A DNA stretch of 42,136 nucleotides, taken from positions 1 to 42,136 of the forward strand of contig MNVF01000048.1 of the NCBI GenBank assembly GCA_001871535.1, written 5' to 3'. The DNA is from Candidatus Micrarchaeota archaeon CG1_02_49_24. Lineage in GTDB: Archaea; Micrarchaeota; Micrarchaeia; Anstonellales; UBA8471. The notes beneath the pieces are model-generated. The model was given only the letters and a program-made list of their open reading frames with translations. It was not told the DNA's origin and did no database searches. The position numbers and the translations under genes are program-made. Below, piece by piece: positions 9,401 through 19,635 of the stretch (position 1 is its first letter; every line of letters begins with the position of its first letter).

Positions 9401-9544
9401 CAGCACTACCTCAGAATAGCTCTTTCGTTCTGGAGTTTTTCCATCAGGCGCGATGTCCGGGCCGAACAATATACTGTAGCCGTTCTGGCGCAGCTTTTGC
9501 AGAACGTTTTCTTCAATTCCGGATTCGGTTATTATGGATGCCAT
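6485..9544 (-). CDS. hsdR: Type I restriction endonuclease subunit R
   Basis: [17 protein letters not shown] nuclease motif, HTQGSGKS Walker [32 protein letters not shown]. Confidence 0.97.
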   Translation of the reverse strand: MASIITESGIEENVLQKLRQNGYSILFGPDIAPDGKTPERKSYSEVVLIERLNDAIDRSNPAIPGDAKEEAVKKVLRAESQKLIHNNHLFHKMLVDGVDVQYRRTDGSIKDDTVKLVDFSNLKNNEFLAVNQFTVKENGINKRTDIVLFVNGLPLVVIELKNPAEEKADKATAYAQMQRYLREISTLFHYNEIIIISDGVKAWAGTISSDIERFMEWKAIDGKVLEELDQFSRDTLILDMLRKEVIIDLVRHFITFEKEKSKSSEKIIKKLAAYHQYYAVLAALKSTIEAASPSGDKRAGIIWHTQGSGKSLTMAFYTGKIVDAMGNPTIVVITDRNDLDDQLFETFCKCSELLRNMPKQAATKQALKEFLKVASGGIVFTTAQKFLAEAGEKFPLLSGRRDIVVIADEAHRSQYDFIDGFARHMRDALPNASFIGFTATPIETNDRSTTAVFGGCKDIYDMKQSVNDGMTVQIYYENRLAKIGLKTERMPKIESDFKEITEAEETETKEKLKTKWARMEKVVGAKKRIRHIAEDIVSHFEQRQAALDGKGLIVCMSRRICIDLHDAIVKLRPEWYSKEHDKGAIKVVITGAAREHMRTKLQRKMIENRIKDPGDELKLVIVRDMWLTGFDVPCLHTIYIDKPMKEHGLMQAIARVNRVFKGKPGGLVVDYIGIIQPLKEATLTYTKSGGGGTPVFQQEDAIKIMREKYEIVSSMFHGFDYNDFATAALSKKETILRDAMNHILRQENGQKRFFKNVAALKRAFALSVPHEEAMKIADELGFFQTLKAYLGKLTGSEPGYSEEDYDIPLRQLVSKAIASDKVIDIFEIAGLKKPGISILSDEFLAEVQGMEQKNLALEMLKKLINDQIKVCEQKNKVAAKSFTELLEKTISQYQNRNIQTVEVIERLIELAKEMKKHDKRGELLNLREDEMAFYDALETNDSAVKVLGDETLRKIARELTETLKRNVKIDWSVRESVKAEIRIAVRKILRKYGYPPDKQEKATQTVLEQAELVAKEWSQ

Positions 9545-10467
9545 TTATTTTCACCTTTTGTTAGGGTTTTATAGTTCGTATGTTCCCGTGTTATTGATGT
9601 TGGATTATTAGAAATAAACGTGACATCATCATCAATTAGTTCTTTCATTTTTTTTATTAAATCAATTGATTTGCTTAAACCATTAAAAGTAGTCACAACT
9701 ATCGGAAGAATTGGGTTACGTTTTGTTGTTAAACTTAGCTTATTGGCATATGGTTGTGGTGAAAGGTAAATAAAATTGTCAACGTCATCGAGATCTTTAA
9801 TTTCAAATCCTTCGTCCATACTAACTTTCATTATCTTCGCGTCAGTGACCAAAAGTGGGAAGCACGCATGAATTGGAAACATATTGTCAATTCCTTTATA
9901 ATTATTTAGTTCTCTTCTATGCACGTATTCGCAGGCAAAAGCTATATCTACTGACTCATCATAAACGATGTTATTACCCTCGTCCATTACTTTTTTCATA
10001 TTTCCCTTTTTTGTATCCTTATTTGAATTCTCGTCGACAATAGCTATATTCTCGCTGACACTTATTTTTCCTGCTAACTCAAAAAAACGTTTTGCTGATA
10101 TAACTCCACCCAAATAATGCTGAAATGTAAATCCATCATTAAGAAAGTTTGGTAACCTTAATATAAAATTTTCATTGTTAAAGTTCTCTTTTTCAAAAAT
10201 GCATATGTTTTTTGTTGCCCATTTTTTCACTTCACCTATAACTCTAACCGTAAGAAGGACGTTCATGTCTATATCCCTAGAGTGTAAAACATTAACTCCA
10301 AAATGGGCTTCAATATCCAAGTCTTTGGAAATGTCGTTCCCCGTTCTATCCGTGTTGTATTTAGATTGATATACTGTTAAGCCAAAGTCATGTAACTGTT
10401 TTCTAACTTTAATCTCTAATGGGAACCCTGTTTCTTTAAGGATGTCTTTCAAATCATTTTTGTTCAT
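9532..10467 (-). CDS. Hypothetical protein, possible PD-(D/E)XK fold; AT-rich insert
   Basis: TGFPLE...DLDIEA...GEVKK pattern; overlaps both hsdS and hsdR. Confidence 0.6.
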   Translation of the reverse strand: MNKNDLKDILKETGFPLEIKVRKQLHDFGLTVYQSKYNTDRTGNDISKDLDIEAHFGVNVLHSRDIDMNVLLTVRVIGEVKKWATKNICIFEKENFNNENFILRLPNFLNDGFTFQHYLGGVISAKRFFELAGKISVSENIAIVDENSNKDTKKGNMKKVMDEGNNIVYDESVDIAFACEYVHRRELNNYKGIDNMFPIHACFPLLVTDAKIMKVSMDEGFEIKDLDDVDNFIYLSPQPYANKLSLTTKRNPILPIVVTTFNGLSKSIDLIKKMKELIDDDVTFISNNPTSITREHTNYKTLTKGENKWHP

Positions 10468-11765
10468 GTTTTATCAACTACATTCAGAGGAACTCTGATT
10501 TTACCAGACATAAGCCTAGGGAGCAATGAATCGCGAATATCTGATAATGTTCTACATTCTAACAAGTTTCCCCTGATTCTTTCTATAACCTCATTGACCT
10601 TTCTTTCAAAAACCATAACCAATTTTTTGTTTGGAACAAGAATATGCATATCTCTAATGGCGTCCGAATTTGTAGCGGTCGCTATTGAGGATGTACTACC
10701 TAGGGATTCGAAATTAAAATTTTTCAGATAGAAATAAAGATATTTTGAACTTATGAGTGAATCCTTAAGCTGGAATTGAGCTATTGCTTCGTTGGACGCC
10801 ATTGCCTTTGAAGCGATCCCTATTCTTCCAACTGTTAATTTAAAGCTCAACATAACTGTTCCTTCGGGAATTATGGGTATCCGAAACTTTTGGATTGCTC
10901 CTTGTTTTAGATATTCTGAGGTGTCGAATATGAACATTCCCGACTTTCCCATATCTTTAATTGACACCCAACAGACGTCAATAGCTTCTGTTGTGAACCA
11001 TTCTGCCTCCTTTCGGGGCGGCGTCCGTCCAATCATGACTTCAGCTACGTCGTCAATACGCTTTATCGCCCACCCCTCCGGTATCTCTCCCAATTCCGAC
11101 TCAATCATCCTCCCGCCGCTTGACTTGTACGGCTTCCCGTTCTCGTCGGGAAACTCGAAGTCAACGAACCAGTGCTTGAACAACGCTTCCGCCATCGATT
11201 CAAGCGTTGCGTTCATCTCGCGGTTGAGCTCGATTTTGGCGTCTAAGTTAGAAAGGATTTTGGAGATAGCGTGTTGTTCATGAAGGGGCGGACAAGGTAC
11301 TAATAGCTTTGAAATTGTATTGGCGTTGAATTGAGGCTGTGCTCCGCCGTTTACTAGATTATTTGCTTGATTCCAATATAGACTACTTCGTGAGAATTGA
11401 AAGAAGAAATTACTGCCGATAATATTCTCCTTAAATAATAGCCTGATTAGAAAGCCTCCATATGTTGCCTTGAATTCTTTATCAAATAGATAGGTTTTCC
11501 CAAAGGATGCGCCAGTTCTTGCAACTAGAACATCGTTTTTCTTTAGAATCCACTCTTTTTTGACTCGATCTTTTCCAATAAATGTCAAACCGGTTTTGTT
11601 AAGAAAACCGTCTGAAGTTATGTCTGTAATTCTGAGGTATACATACTCGCCTGTTTCTTTTGCTCGTTCCCCTAACCCGTACTGAAAGCCAGCTATCTCT
11701 CCTAGTTCTCTTACTGCCCAGTCTTCAGGGATTTTTCCGATTTCGGTTTCTTTGAATTTTGTCAT
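10464..11765 (-). CDS. hsdS: Type I R-M specificity subunit S
   Basis: FKETEIGKIPEDW, PPLHEQHAI, SELGEIPEGW, RDSLLPRLMSG; two TRDs. Confidence 0.96.
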   Translation of the reverse strand: MTKFKETEIGKIPEDWAVRELGEIAGFQYGLGERAKETGEYVYLRITDITSDGFLNKTGLTFIGKDRVKKEWILKKNDVLVARTGASFGKTYLFDKEFKATYGGFLIRLLFKENIIGSNFFFQFSRSSLYWNQANNLVNGGAQPQFNANTISKLLVPCPPLHEQHAISKILSNLDAKIELNREMNATLESMAEALFKHWFVDFEFPDENGKPYKSSGGRMIESELGEIPEGWAIKRIDDVAEVMIGRTPPRKEAEWFTTEAIDVCWVSIKDMGKSGMFIFDTSEYLKQGAIQKFRIPIIPEGTVMLSFKLTVGRIGIASKAMASNEAIAQFQLKDSLISSKYLYFYLKNFNFESLGSTSSIATATNSDAIRDMHILVPNKKLVMVFERKVNEVIERIRGNLLECRTLSDIRDSLLPRLMSGKIRVPLNVVDKT

Positions 11766-12178
11766 TTGCCATTCCACATCCATCTAGGTCTGTTTGGTGC
11801 AAAGTTCCAGACATTTTTGAATAAATAAACGTTATCAAAAAAAGTATCATCTCCTATTAGTATTGCACCTTCAATATATGCTAATTTTTCAGTCGTTCCC
11901 ATGATAAAATAATCTTTTTCAGAAATTTTTTTATCAAAATCTGCAGACAGTATCTGTTCTATCTCTTTTTTCCTGGCAATTAAAAGTTCGCAGCTTTGGC
12001 AAAATCGGCAGGTTTTGTTCAAATTAAGAATCATTTTTCTTTTTTTTATTGCAATCGTTAGAGGAAGTTTTTTTATCTTCGTTGCATGATCGCATTTGGG
12101 GCATTTGGAAAAAGCACAATCAGGATAGGGATTCAGAAAAAAATAATATCTTTCTTTCATCTTTCTGGATTTACCCAT
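11762..12178 (-). CDS. Hypothetical Cys-containing (Zn-binding?) protein
   Basis: CPKC and CRFCQSC motifs; ATGA overlap with hsdS. Confidence 0.65.
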   Translation of the reverse strand: MGKSRKMKERYYFFLNPYPDCAFSKCPKCDHATKIKKLPLTIAIKKRKMILNLNKTCRFCQSCELLIARKKEIEQILSADFDKKISEKDYFIMGTTEKLAYIEGAILIGDDTFFDNVYLFKNVWNFAPNRPRWMWNGK

Positions 12179-12180
12179 AG

Positions 12181-12273
12181 TCAACCAATCCTCATCAAAT
12201 TCTTCTTAGTCTCCTCTTCCAACCTATCCGATTCCTTAAACTGTTCAGAAAGCTCAGCAGTTAGTTTTTTCAT
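12181..12273 (-). pseudogene. Duplicated HsdM C-terminal helix (30-aa mini-ORF)
   Basis: MKKLTAELSEQFKESDRLEEETKKNLMRIG* versus HsdM end [30 protein letters not shown]. Confidence 0.8.
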
Positions 12274-13600
12274 TTCCATTTCCTCTTGATAACCTGCCAG
12301 TGCCCAGCACTGGTCGTGCCTTTTCTTTTTAGCAGTTTTTTATCCTTCAATTTCTTTATGTACTCTTTTATAGTATCAAGTCTAATCCCTAAATTGGCAG
12401 CTAATGCCGTTCTGGATAGTTTGGGATTGCCTGCCAATATATTCAGTATTTTCAGCTCTAGTTCGGTAATGTTAACTGGGGGGGTAGTTCTCTCCACTGT
12501 TTTAGCATCCTTCCCAACCCGCTTGAACACAGTTACAAACTGCCTTCCGACTTCCTCAAACAGGGTATCCGGTGCTTTTGACAATATCAGTCGTATCCCG
12601 CGGCCCCATTTCTCTATGAAATGTACCCGGTGGAGCATCTCAGCTATGAGTTCATTGCGCCGTTCTGACACACCCCCGCGACGTATCCGCGCAATCGTCA
12701 GCCCGCCGTAAAGCAAACCAGGGCTGCGGAGTTCCACCCTGTCAGTGAATACGGCTATGCTCACAGAATCATAGAGATGGTAATCGCGATGGCAGAAAGC
12801 GTTTATGATTGCTTCGCGTGTAGCCTCTTTGGGTATTTCCGGCACGTCAACCCTGTAAAGCCCTTCAAGGCGCATTCCAAGGTATGTATTCCGCGCTATA
12901 TATCCTTCTGCTTGCCCAATGAGATAAAACAGGTCGCCTTCGTATTCCTTCCTGTCAATGATGACTGCCGAATCAGTGCCGGCAAACACTGCACACCGCA
13001 ATTTTGCGTTGGGAAAGAATTTTTGCGGCTTGCGGGCGAACAGGAGCACTGCGGCATTAAGGATGCGCCCATTGGCTAGCAGGCTCAGTTTACTTAGCGA
13101 GTTTTTAACAGATACGTATCCAAGACCGGCAAGCTTCAAGAATTTTCTTAGCTTATTAGAGCTTATGTCAGTTAATTTTGCGCTTTGGCAGTTTTGCTTG
13201 TCCCAGCGCAGGGCATCCTTGTTTTTTGCAAGGATTATGCGCTCAAGCTCGCCGCCGCTTACCTGCTGGTCCTCATCACCAACTCGCATGTATGCCCTTC
13301 CATATGCTCTATATGGTGCATTTTGGCCGGAAAACTTAATGCAGATACACTGCCTGCCATCAAACTCAACCACTTCTATAACCGGATATACACGCGGCTC
13401 TATATGCGAGGAAATTGCCTGACTGATTGTTCTAATAGTAGTGTCAGCAACTTGCTGGCCCAGGATTATGCCATCATTCCCTATCCCGAAATACAGTTCG
13501 CCCTTTCCGTGCTTGTTAAGAATTGCCACAATGGAGATTAACGCATCCTTCAGTTCGGATGTTGTTTTTTCAACTCAAGCGTTTCTGATTCCTTAAACAT
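12270..13600 (-). pseudogene. AlbA_2/Schlafen-like + HATPase_c_4 (RecG-C-like) + wHTH protein, with a -1 frameshift near the start
   Basis: REAIINAFCHRDY, RVELRSPG, IEKWGRGI; the true start [12 protein letters not shown] at 13600 is out of frame with the 419-aa ORF at an A6 tract (13565-13570); paralog of 15434..16810. Confidence 0.8.
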
Positions 13601-15125
13601 CATACCCTAGCCCCTTGAAGTTCTTCTTTATCTCTTCTTCCAACTCTTTTGATTTTTTGAATTGTTCTGAGAGTTCGGATGTAAGTCTCTTCATTTTATC
13701 TTGGAATTTTTCGTCATCCTCTTCTACCTCTTCAGTTCCAACATACCTGCCAGGAGTAAGTATATGCTCGTGCTTCCTAATCTCATCAAGCTTTACCGAT
13801 TTGCAGAAACCCGGCATATCCTCATATTTTCCGCCTTCGCCTCTCCAGGCATGGTAAGTGTCAGATATTCTCTTGATTTCTTCATCCGTCAGCTCCCTGT
13901 GTCTCCTGTCAATCATTGCGCCCATCTTGCGCGCATCAATAAACAAGACTTCGCCGCGCCTGTCGCGGAATTTGTGATTCTTCTTATCGCGCGCAACGAA
14001 CCACAGGCAGGCTGGAATCATTGTGTTGTAGAAAAGCTGGGACGGCAGGGCAATCATACAATCAACTATGTCCGCCTCAACTATTTTCCTGCGAATTTCT
14101 CCCTCACCGGACGTATTGGACGACATGGAACCATTCGCTAGGACAAAACCCGCAATTCCCGCAGGCGAGAGATGATGGATAAAGTGCTGCACCCAGGCAA
14201 AGTTTGCGTTTCCCGCAGGCGGAATGCCATATTTCCAGCGCACGTCGTCTTTGAGTTGTTCCCCTCCCCAGTCGCTCATGTTGAATGGCGGGTTGGCAAG
14301 TATGAACTCAGCTTTCAGGTCTTTATGGAGGTCGTTATGGAAACTGTCGCCCAATTGTATATTAGCGTCAATCCCCCGTATTGCAAGGTTCATGGTACAT
14401 AATCTCCAGGTGGTAGCGTTTGATTCCTGCCCATAAACTGAAATGTCCCCTAGTTTCCCCTGGCGCTCCTTAACAAATTTCTCGCTCTGGACAAACATTC
14501 CCCCTGAGCCGCAGCACGGGTCGTATATACGTCCTTTGTAGGGCTCTATCATTTCAACAAGGACGCGAACTATGCAGCGGGGAGTATAGAATTGCCCCCC
14601 TTTCTTGCCTTCAGCATCTGCAAACTGCCCTAAAAAGTATTCATAAACGCGTCCCAGGATATCCTTGCCTTTGCTTTCTGAATCACCCAATCCAATAGTC
14701 CCTATCAAATCGATTAATTCACCTAATCGTTGCTTATCAAGTGCAGGGCGTGCGTAATTTTTTGGAAGAACACCTTTAAGTTTAGGATTTTCATTTTCTA
14801 TTGCATCCATTGCATCATCTATAATCTTCCCAATTTCAGGCCGTTTTGCATTGCTCTGCAAATGGTCCCACCGTGCTTCCTTAGGCACCCAGAAAACGTT
14901 CTTCCTTTTGTATTCGTCCCTTTCTTCAGGCCCGAGGCTGTCGGTATCTTTTTTCAGTTCATCATAGCGTTCTTTGAATGAATCCGATATGTGTTTGAGA
15001 AAAATCAGGCCAAGCGCAACATGTTTGTATTCAGCAGCGTCCATATTACTTCGCATTTTGTCTGCTGCCTGCCAGAGCTTCTGCTCGAATCCAAGGTTTG
15101 CGCCGTTATTTTTTTCTTTAACCAT
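13593..15125 (-). CDS. hsdM: Type I R-M DNA methyltransferase subunit M
   Basis: [17 protein letters not shown] (motif I), ANPPFN (motif IV, N6-adenine). Confidence 0.97.
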   Translation of the reverse strand: MVKEKNNGANLGFEQKLWQAADKMRSNMDAAEYKHVALGLIFLKHISDSFKERYDELKKDTDSLGPEERDEYKRKNVFWVPKEARWDHLQSNAKRPEIGKIIDDAMDAIENENPKLKGVLPKNYARPALDKQRLGELIDLIGTIGLGDSESKGKDILGRVYEYFLGQFADAEGKKGGQFYTPRCIVRVLVEMIEPYKGRIYDPCCGSGGMFVQSEKFVKERQGKLGDISVYGQESNATTWRLCTMNLAIRGIDANIQLGDSFHNDLHKDLKAEFILANPPFNMSDWGGEQLKDDVRWKYGIPPAGNANFAWVQHFIHHLSPAGIAGFVLANGSMSSNTSGEGEIRRKIVEADIVDCMIALPSQLFYNTMIPACLWFVARDKKNHKFRDRRGEVLFIDARKMGAMIDRRHRELTDEEIKRISDTYHAWRGEGGKYEDMPGFCKSVKLDEIRKHEHILTPGRYVGTEEVEEDDEKFQDKMKRLTSELSEQFKKSKELEEEIKKNFKGLGYDV

Positions 15126-15136
15126 CAATCCACCCT

Positions 15137-15217
15137 CTACAGCACCGCCATCTTCCCGGCAATCGGCTTGCCATTCCTCATGGAAATCTTCCCACAGCCT
15201 TTTGGAGTTGTTTCCAT
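15137..15217 (-). pseudogene. Internally deleted remnant of the CARF-wHTH gene
   Basis: [26 protein letters not shown] shares RNGKPIA and GKMAVL* with 16810..17403; acagcaccgccatcttcccgg is identical. Confidence 0.8.
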
Positions 15218-15441
15218 TAATATTTTCTCTCCCATTTGGAAGGCTCGATAATCTTCTCCCCTTCCTTCTGCAGCATGTCCATTAGCTTCTTCCTCGTCTC
15301 GGAAATCATGCCTACGGCGTCATCTGGAGTTTTCGCATTCTGGACAGTAATCCTGTAGGACATGCCGGAAGCAAACCGGCTGATGCCAACACTCACCGTT
15401 TTCTCCCCGCTCACGGTTTTCTCATCAGTTTCATCATCCAT
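15217..15441 (-). CDS. Hypothetical protein
   Basis: ORF coupled to both neighbours; GGTGA RBS before MDDETDEK. Confidence 0.55.
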   Translation of the reverse strand: MDDETDEKTVSGEKTVSVGISRFASGMSYRITVQNAKTPDDAVGMISETRKKLMDMLQKEGEKIIEPSKWERKY

Positions 15442-16810
15442 TTGAATCACCCTTTTTGCTAGGGTTCCATTTCCCACAGCTCTTTTTTATCTCCCAATGC
15501 CCGCCCTTGTCAGGGCCCACGCGCTTCAGCACGCCGTCTTTGGTGAGCTTGCGCAACCGGGAGCGGATGGTGCTGATGGGCTTGCGGAGTTTCTGCGCAA
15601 TCGCCTTCTTTGAGATGGTCGGGTCGGAGAGGATAATTTCGATGAGTTTCTGGTACTTTTCAGGCACTTTGCAGGCATTCTCCGAACCTTTTTCGACGAT
15701 ATTTTCAGGCACTGGGCTCTTTCTCTTGAACACGGTGATGAAATGGCGCCCGACTTCCTTGAACGAAGCCGTTGGCTCTTTCTGCAATATCAGGCGGATG
15801 CCGCGGCCCCAGGCTTCGGCGTAATGGATGCGCTGCAACATGCTGACGATAAGTTCATTTCGCCTCTCAGAGACGCCTTCCTTTATAATGCGCTCAATCG
15901 TCAGCCCACCATAAAGCAAGCCGGGGCTGCTGATTTCCACCCGGTCGTTGAAGATGGCCACGTGCACCGAATCTGGATTATGATAATCCCGGTGGCAGAA
16001 GGCATTGATGATTGCCTCACGCAGCGCCGAACGGTCGATTTCAGGAACATCAACCCGTGCCAGTCCTTCCAACCGCTCGCCCACGTGGATGTTCTTGAGG
16101 ACATACGCTTGGGCATCTTCGATAAGGGTGAACAGGTCGCCCTCGAAGTCCTTCTTGTCAAGGATTGTGGCCGAGCCGGTGAATACGGCGCAGCGAAGCT
16201 TGGCGTTGTGGAAGAATTTCTGCGGCGAGCGCCCGAACAAGAGTATGGCGGCGTTCGTGAGCGCCCCGCTCGGTGATAGTATAAGGCCCATGTTGTGCAA
16301 TGCGAGATCTCTTGATTCGAGTTCAAGATTGGCCTTTTCTAGGAAAACGCCTAATTTTCCGGAGTCAATGTCATTGGACATGGCGCCTGGGCAGGGTTTG
16401 TCGTCCCAGTGCAAGGCGTCCTTGCTCTCCCGTATAATTAGCTCTCGCAGTTCCTTGCCGCTCAAGACGGGATTCTTGTCGCCCACGCGGGTGTAGGCGC
16501 GCCCATAGGCAAAATAAGGCATCTGGTTCCCGCTGACTTTGACGCGGATGCAGGGCTTCCCATCGATTCGCTCTTCCTGGATGTTAGGGAATATCTCCGG
16601 CTCGATATGGTCTTGGATGGATTTGGAGATGTCTGGCACTGTCATCTTTCCGATATCCTGCCCGGCCGCCTTTCCGTCGTCCTCTATGCCGAAGATGACT
16701 TCGCCCTGTCCGTGCTTGTTGAGCATGGCGCAGATAGAAATAATGGCCTCCTTGAGTTCGGAGGTTGATTTCTTGAGTTCAAGTGACTCTGATTCTTTGA
16801 GTTGCATCAT
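15434..16810 (-). CDS. AlbA_2/Schlafen-like + HATPase_c_4 + wHTH protein
   Basis: ESESLELKKS...AMLNKHGQGEVIFGIEDDG (AlbA_2), LREAIINAFCHRDY, C-terminal LKRVGPDKGGHW. Confidence 0.88.
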   Translation of the reverse strand: MMQLKESESLELKKSTSELKEAIISICAMLNKHGQGEVIFGIEDDGKAAGQDIGKMTVPDISKSIQDHIEPEIFPNIQEERIDGKPCIRVKVSGNQMPYFAYGRAYTRVGDKNPVLSGKELRELIIRESKDALHWDDKPCPGAMSNDIDSGKLGVFLEKANLELESRDLALHNMGLILSPSGALTNAAILLFGRSPQKFFHNAKLRCAVFTGSATILDKKDFEGDLFTLIEDAQAYVLKNIHVGERLEGLARVDVPEIDRSALREAIINAFCHRDYHNPDSVHVAIFNDRVEISSPGLLYGGLTIERIIKEGVSERRNELIVSMLQRIHYAEAWGRGIRLILQKEPTASFKEVGRHFITVFKRKSPVPENIVEKGSENACKVPEKYQKLIEIILSDPTISKKAIAQKLRKPISTIRSRLRKLTKDGVLKRVGPDKGGHWEIKKSCGKWNPSKKGDSNG

Positions 16811-17403
16811 CACAGCACCGCCATCTTCCCGGTCAGCGTAATCTCAAACTTCTCATCCACATATCCGGCATCCTTCAATTCCTTCAAATGCTGATAGAGC
16901 ATGCCCGGAGTTTTGCCCAATTTGTCCGCAATCTCCGCAATCGGTTTCCCATTTCTCTTCTCAATCTCAAGCAGGAGCTCGCGTTTCGGCTCGGAAAGCC
17001 CGAAAGTCAGTTTCGGCAGCTCCACCAATTTGTTCAGGTCCGGCAATTCATTGCACACAATTTTTTCAACAAGCTCGGGCCGCGCATAGCACCCATACAA
17101 AACTCCCTGGGCCATGAGCTTCCACCCGCCTGAAACGTTCACAATCGCCCGGTTGTTTTTCTCCAGGAGCTCAACAGTCTTCTTGGCAACCGCAAAGATG
17201 TCCGCGCAGTCAACCACAATCTCCCTGATGTCAGCCACCGTGCCGTAAAGCTCCTTCACCTTCACCAGCCCCTCCTGCACCTTCTTTTCACCAGTGGAGC
17301 TGTTTGCTATCACCAGCACTATCTTGCCCGGCGAAAACGCATGCGCCGCTGCCACGAACGGCTCGAAAGAATAGAAAGTGGCTATCAGTGTAGTGTCGGC
17401 CAT
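16810..17403 (-). CDS. csa3: Csa3-like CARF + wHTH transcriptional regulator
   Basis: N-terminal TLIATF Rossmann strand, IVNVSGGWKLM CARF motif, LVELPKL linker, C-terminal IAEIADKLGKT...YQHLKELKDAGYV...LTGK. Confidence 0.8.
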   Translation of the reverse strand: MADTTLIATFYSFEPFVAAAHAFSPGKIVLVIANSSTGEKKVQEGLVKVKELYGTVADIREIVVDCADIFAVAKKTVELLEKNNRAIVNVSGGWKLMAQGVLYGCYARPELVEKIVCNELPDLNKLVELPKLTFGLSEPKRELLLEIEKRNGKPIAEIADKLGKTPGMLYQHLKELKDAGYVDEKFEITLTGKMAVL

Positions 17404-18774
17404 CTAATCATCACGTAAATGATAATAAAGTTCTTCCAGCTGTTTAACTGTATTAACTAACTGTTTTTTACAAAATTCAGGATTTTTCCAATCAATTTTC
17501 TTATTTGTGTATCTCTTGTTCCATTCAAATCCGATCTGTATTTGATTTACTTCCGCCCCATATTGTTTTGCGGTATCAATAAAATCCTGTATCGTCTTAA
17601 ACTCTAATTTAATTTTTTTATCGCTTTTTTTAAATTGAAGGGCAGGTTTCCAGTTATCTTCTGGAGTTTTATGACGATCTAGACGAAATTCCAGATTACA
17701 ACGGGTTGCAAATGGACCTAACTGCCCACCTTTTAGGGACTTGTAATCCTGTATCGCCATGTAGACGGTTCGCCCATAGTTCTTCTGCCCCGTAGTTTTT
17801 TTGTTCCATGATGCAATCTTAGTTATTCTTGGCCAAATTTCTTTCGATCTTAATTTTTTATTCGGGTCATGCAAAGTTAAAACAACTTTGAATTCATCTA
17901 AATTTACATTTGTAGTAAAATGAAGGTTCTTACTCTTCTCTTTACCCAGTTTACCAAAGTAAGATTTTACCCACGAATCATTTTTCTTCTCTCTTTCTTT
18001 TCCTTTTTCACCTGACGTCTGCATCTCCAGTTTTTCGCCTTTTTGACTTTTTATAGCTGCAAAGTTTATCAGACATCGAACGTCGTGATTAAAGCTAGAT
18101 TGGTCATTGCCATAAAATCCATAGAAGTCATCTGTCAATCTCATCACCCTCAGACAATCTAGGTATTGTTCTATCAGAAATTTTTCGATTTTTACTTGAG
18201 ATTTTTTTTCAGCATCAGAAAGCACGCCATAGAGTTCATCCCAGTCTATTGTGTGCCATATCTCACGCTTGCGTTTCATCAGCCTGAAACCGCCCTCCTC
18301 TATCTTCTTAGCATATTTTTTTAGCTGAACTGGGTCTTTTTTGCTATCTGTCTTTGCTTCCAAGAATAGTATTACGTCGTTATATTCTATCATAGCATCT
18401 ATAATTATCTTGTCTCCTCCGCGTCCAGGTTTTTTTTCATTTGGCGTAGTACTCTTTGATAGAAACAGCAAGTATGCGTCCTTTTTTGGAAGTGTTTTTA
18501 GTTCTTTGTCGCTGATTTGGGAGGATACTCGTATTATTTCACTTAAATCTTTCTTACTTATTTTAATCTTAGTTGAGATGAATTTTGTAAACGCATCCCT
18601 AGTTCTTAGACACTCAGGTGAGCGAATAAAAAAAAGAAGGTCTTTCGTGACGTTATTCTCTACGTTCTTCAATTCTCCGTCCTCTTTTTGACGTTGGTGC
18701 CAAAAGAGGTTCTCCCATTTTTCGTCTCCCACGCTTATCCCTTGTTCTGGCAACATATAAATGTGTTGTGTCAA
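17404..18774 (-). CDS. PD-(D/E)XK nuclease-family protein (AT-rich, Lys-rich)
   Basis: IIDAMI...FLEAKTDS...QLKKY...IDWDELY...FLIEQY; start uncertain. Confidence 0.7.
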   Translation of the reverse strand: MTQHIYMLPEQGISVGDEKWENLFWHQRQKEDGELKNVENNVTKDLLFFIRSPECLRTRDAFTKFISTKIKISKKDLSEIIRVSSQISDKELKTLPKKDAYLLFLSKSTTPNEKKPGRGGDKIIIDAMIEYNDVILFLEAKTDSKKDPVQLKKYAKKIEEGGFRLMKRKREIWHTIDWDELYGVLSDAEKKSQVKIEKFLIEQYLDCLRVMRLTDDFYGFYGNDQSSFNHDVRCLINFAAIKSQKGEKLEMQTSGEKGKEREKKNDSWVKSYFGKLGKEKSKNLHFTTNVNLDEFKVVLTLHDPNKKLRSKEIWPRITKIASWNKKTTGQKNYGRTVYMAIQDYKSLKGGQLGPFATRCNLEFRLDRHKTPEDNWKPALQFKKSDKKIKLEFKTIQDFIDTAKQYGAEVNQIQIGFEWNKRYTNKKIDWKNPEFCKKQLVNTVKQLEELYYHLRDD

Positions 18775-18838
18775 GATAGTTATTTGATAGTTAAGGAATA
18801 AACTATACTGTTAAGGATGTAGGTGTTATGGTGGTTGC
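18775..18838. promoter_or_regulatory. Divergent promoter region with a candidate operator
   Basis: atagtt-N8-aactat inverted repeat (18787-18806) and gttaagga twice, between two divergent operons. Confidence 0.45.
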
Positions 18839-19363
18839 ATGTGCGAGCCGATAGGCGAAATTGCAGAGGTGTTTGAGAAATTGTGCGCGAAGTATAAGGC
18901 GGGTGTTGGCTTTGATGAGGAGACGGCAAACCGGATTGCCAGCGAAGTTGACCCGAGATTTGTGCTAAAGGTGGTTCAAATCGAAAAGGGACAGATAGGC
19001 GATGAGAAGTGCAAATCAGAGCTCCTTGAGAGGGCACGGAAGCTGCGGGAAGAAATAAAGGATAAGCAGTATGTTGGCACCTACCTGTTCCTGCCGCTTT
19101 CACGGGAGGAAGTTGTTAAATCACATAGGGAAAAGGGCGCCATAAGCAATTTTATCAACCATGTTTTATCATCAGTCGGCTTGTGCGCGGGAAGGGGCAG
19201 ATGCATTGGGAATTTTTATGGTTCTGACAAGGGCAAAAGAATATACGTGATGTTTGCCTACTGTGATGAGGCGCTTTACAGGCAAATCGTGAGCCATCGA
19301 AGGGAAGAAACTTGCTTGTTTGTGAAAACTGCGGGAAGCGCAAAGACAGGTGATGGGAAATGA
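18839..19363 (+). CDS. Hypothetical protein
   Basis: 174-aa ORF, ATGA-coupled to the next gene; start uncertain. Confidence 0.65.
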   Translation: MCEPIGEIAEVFEKLCAKYKAGVGFDEETANRIASEVDPRFVLKVVQIEKGQIGDEKCKSELLERARKLREEIKDKQYVGTYLFLPLSREEVVKSHREKGAISNFINHVLSSVGLCAGRGRCIGNFYGSDKGKRIYVMFAYCDEALYRQIVSHRREETCLFVKTAGSAKTGDGK

Positions 19364-19635
19364 ATAAGGAATCTGACCCGTTTACAAGGCTGGCAGAGGG
19401 AAACAACAACAGGTGCTATGACGTGAAAGGGACGGTGGAGCTTGCGGATGACGGGTACGTTGAAGTGAATCTCACGGCTGAGGATGGCTCAGGGCAGATT
19501 CTTCATCTCCACAGATATACCGATGGAACTGGAAAAGGCAAGGTCATTGGCTGGGACTGCTGGGTGTTTGAAAACAAAGGAAATGTGCGCCGGCATCATT
19601 GCATGTCTGAGAAAAACAAGAAGGTGGGAAAATGA
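19360..19635 (+). CDS. Hypothetical protein
   Basis: 91-aa ORF, ATGA overlaps at both ends, GGTG RBS. Confidence 0.65.
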   Translation: MNKESDPFTRLAEGNNNRCYDVKGTVELADDGYVEVNLTAEDGSGQILHLHRYTDGTGKGKVIGWDCWVFENKGNVRRHHCMSEKNKKVGK

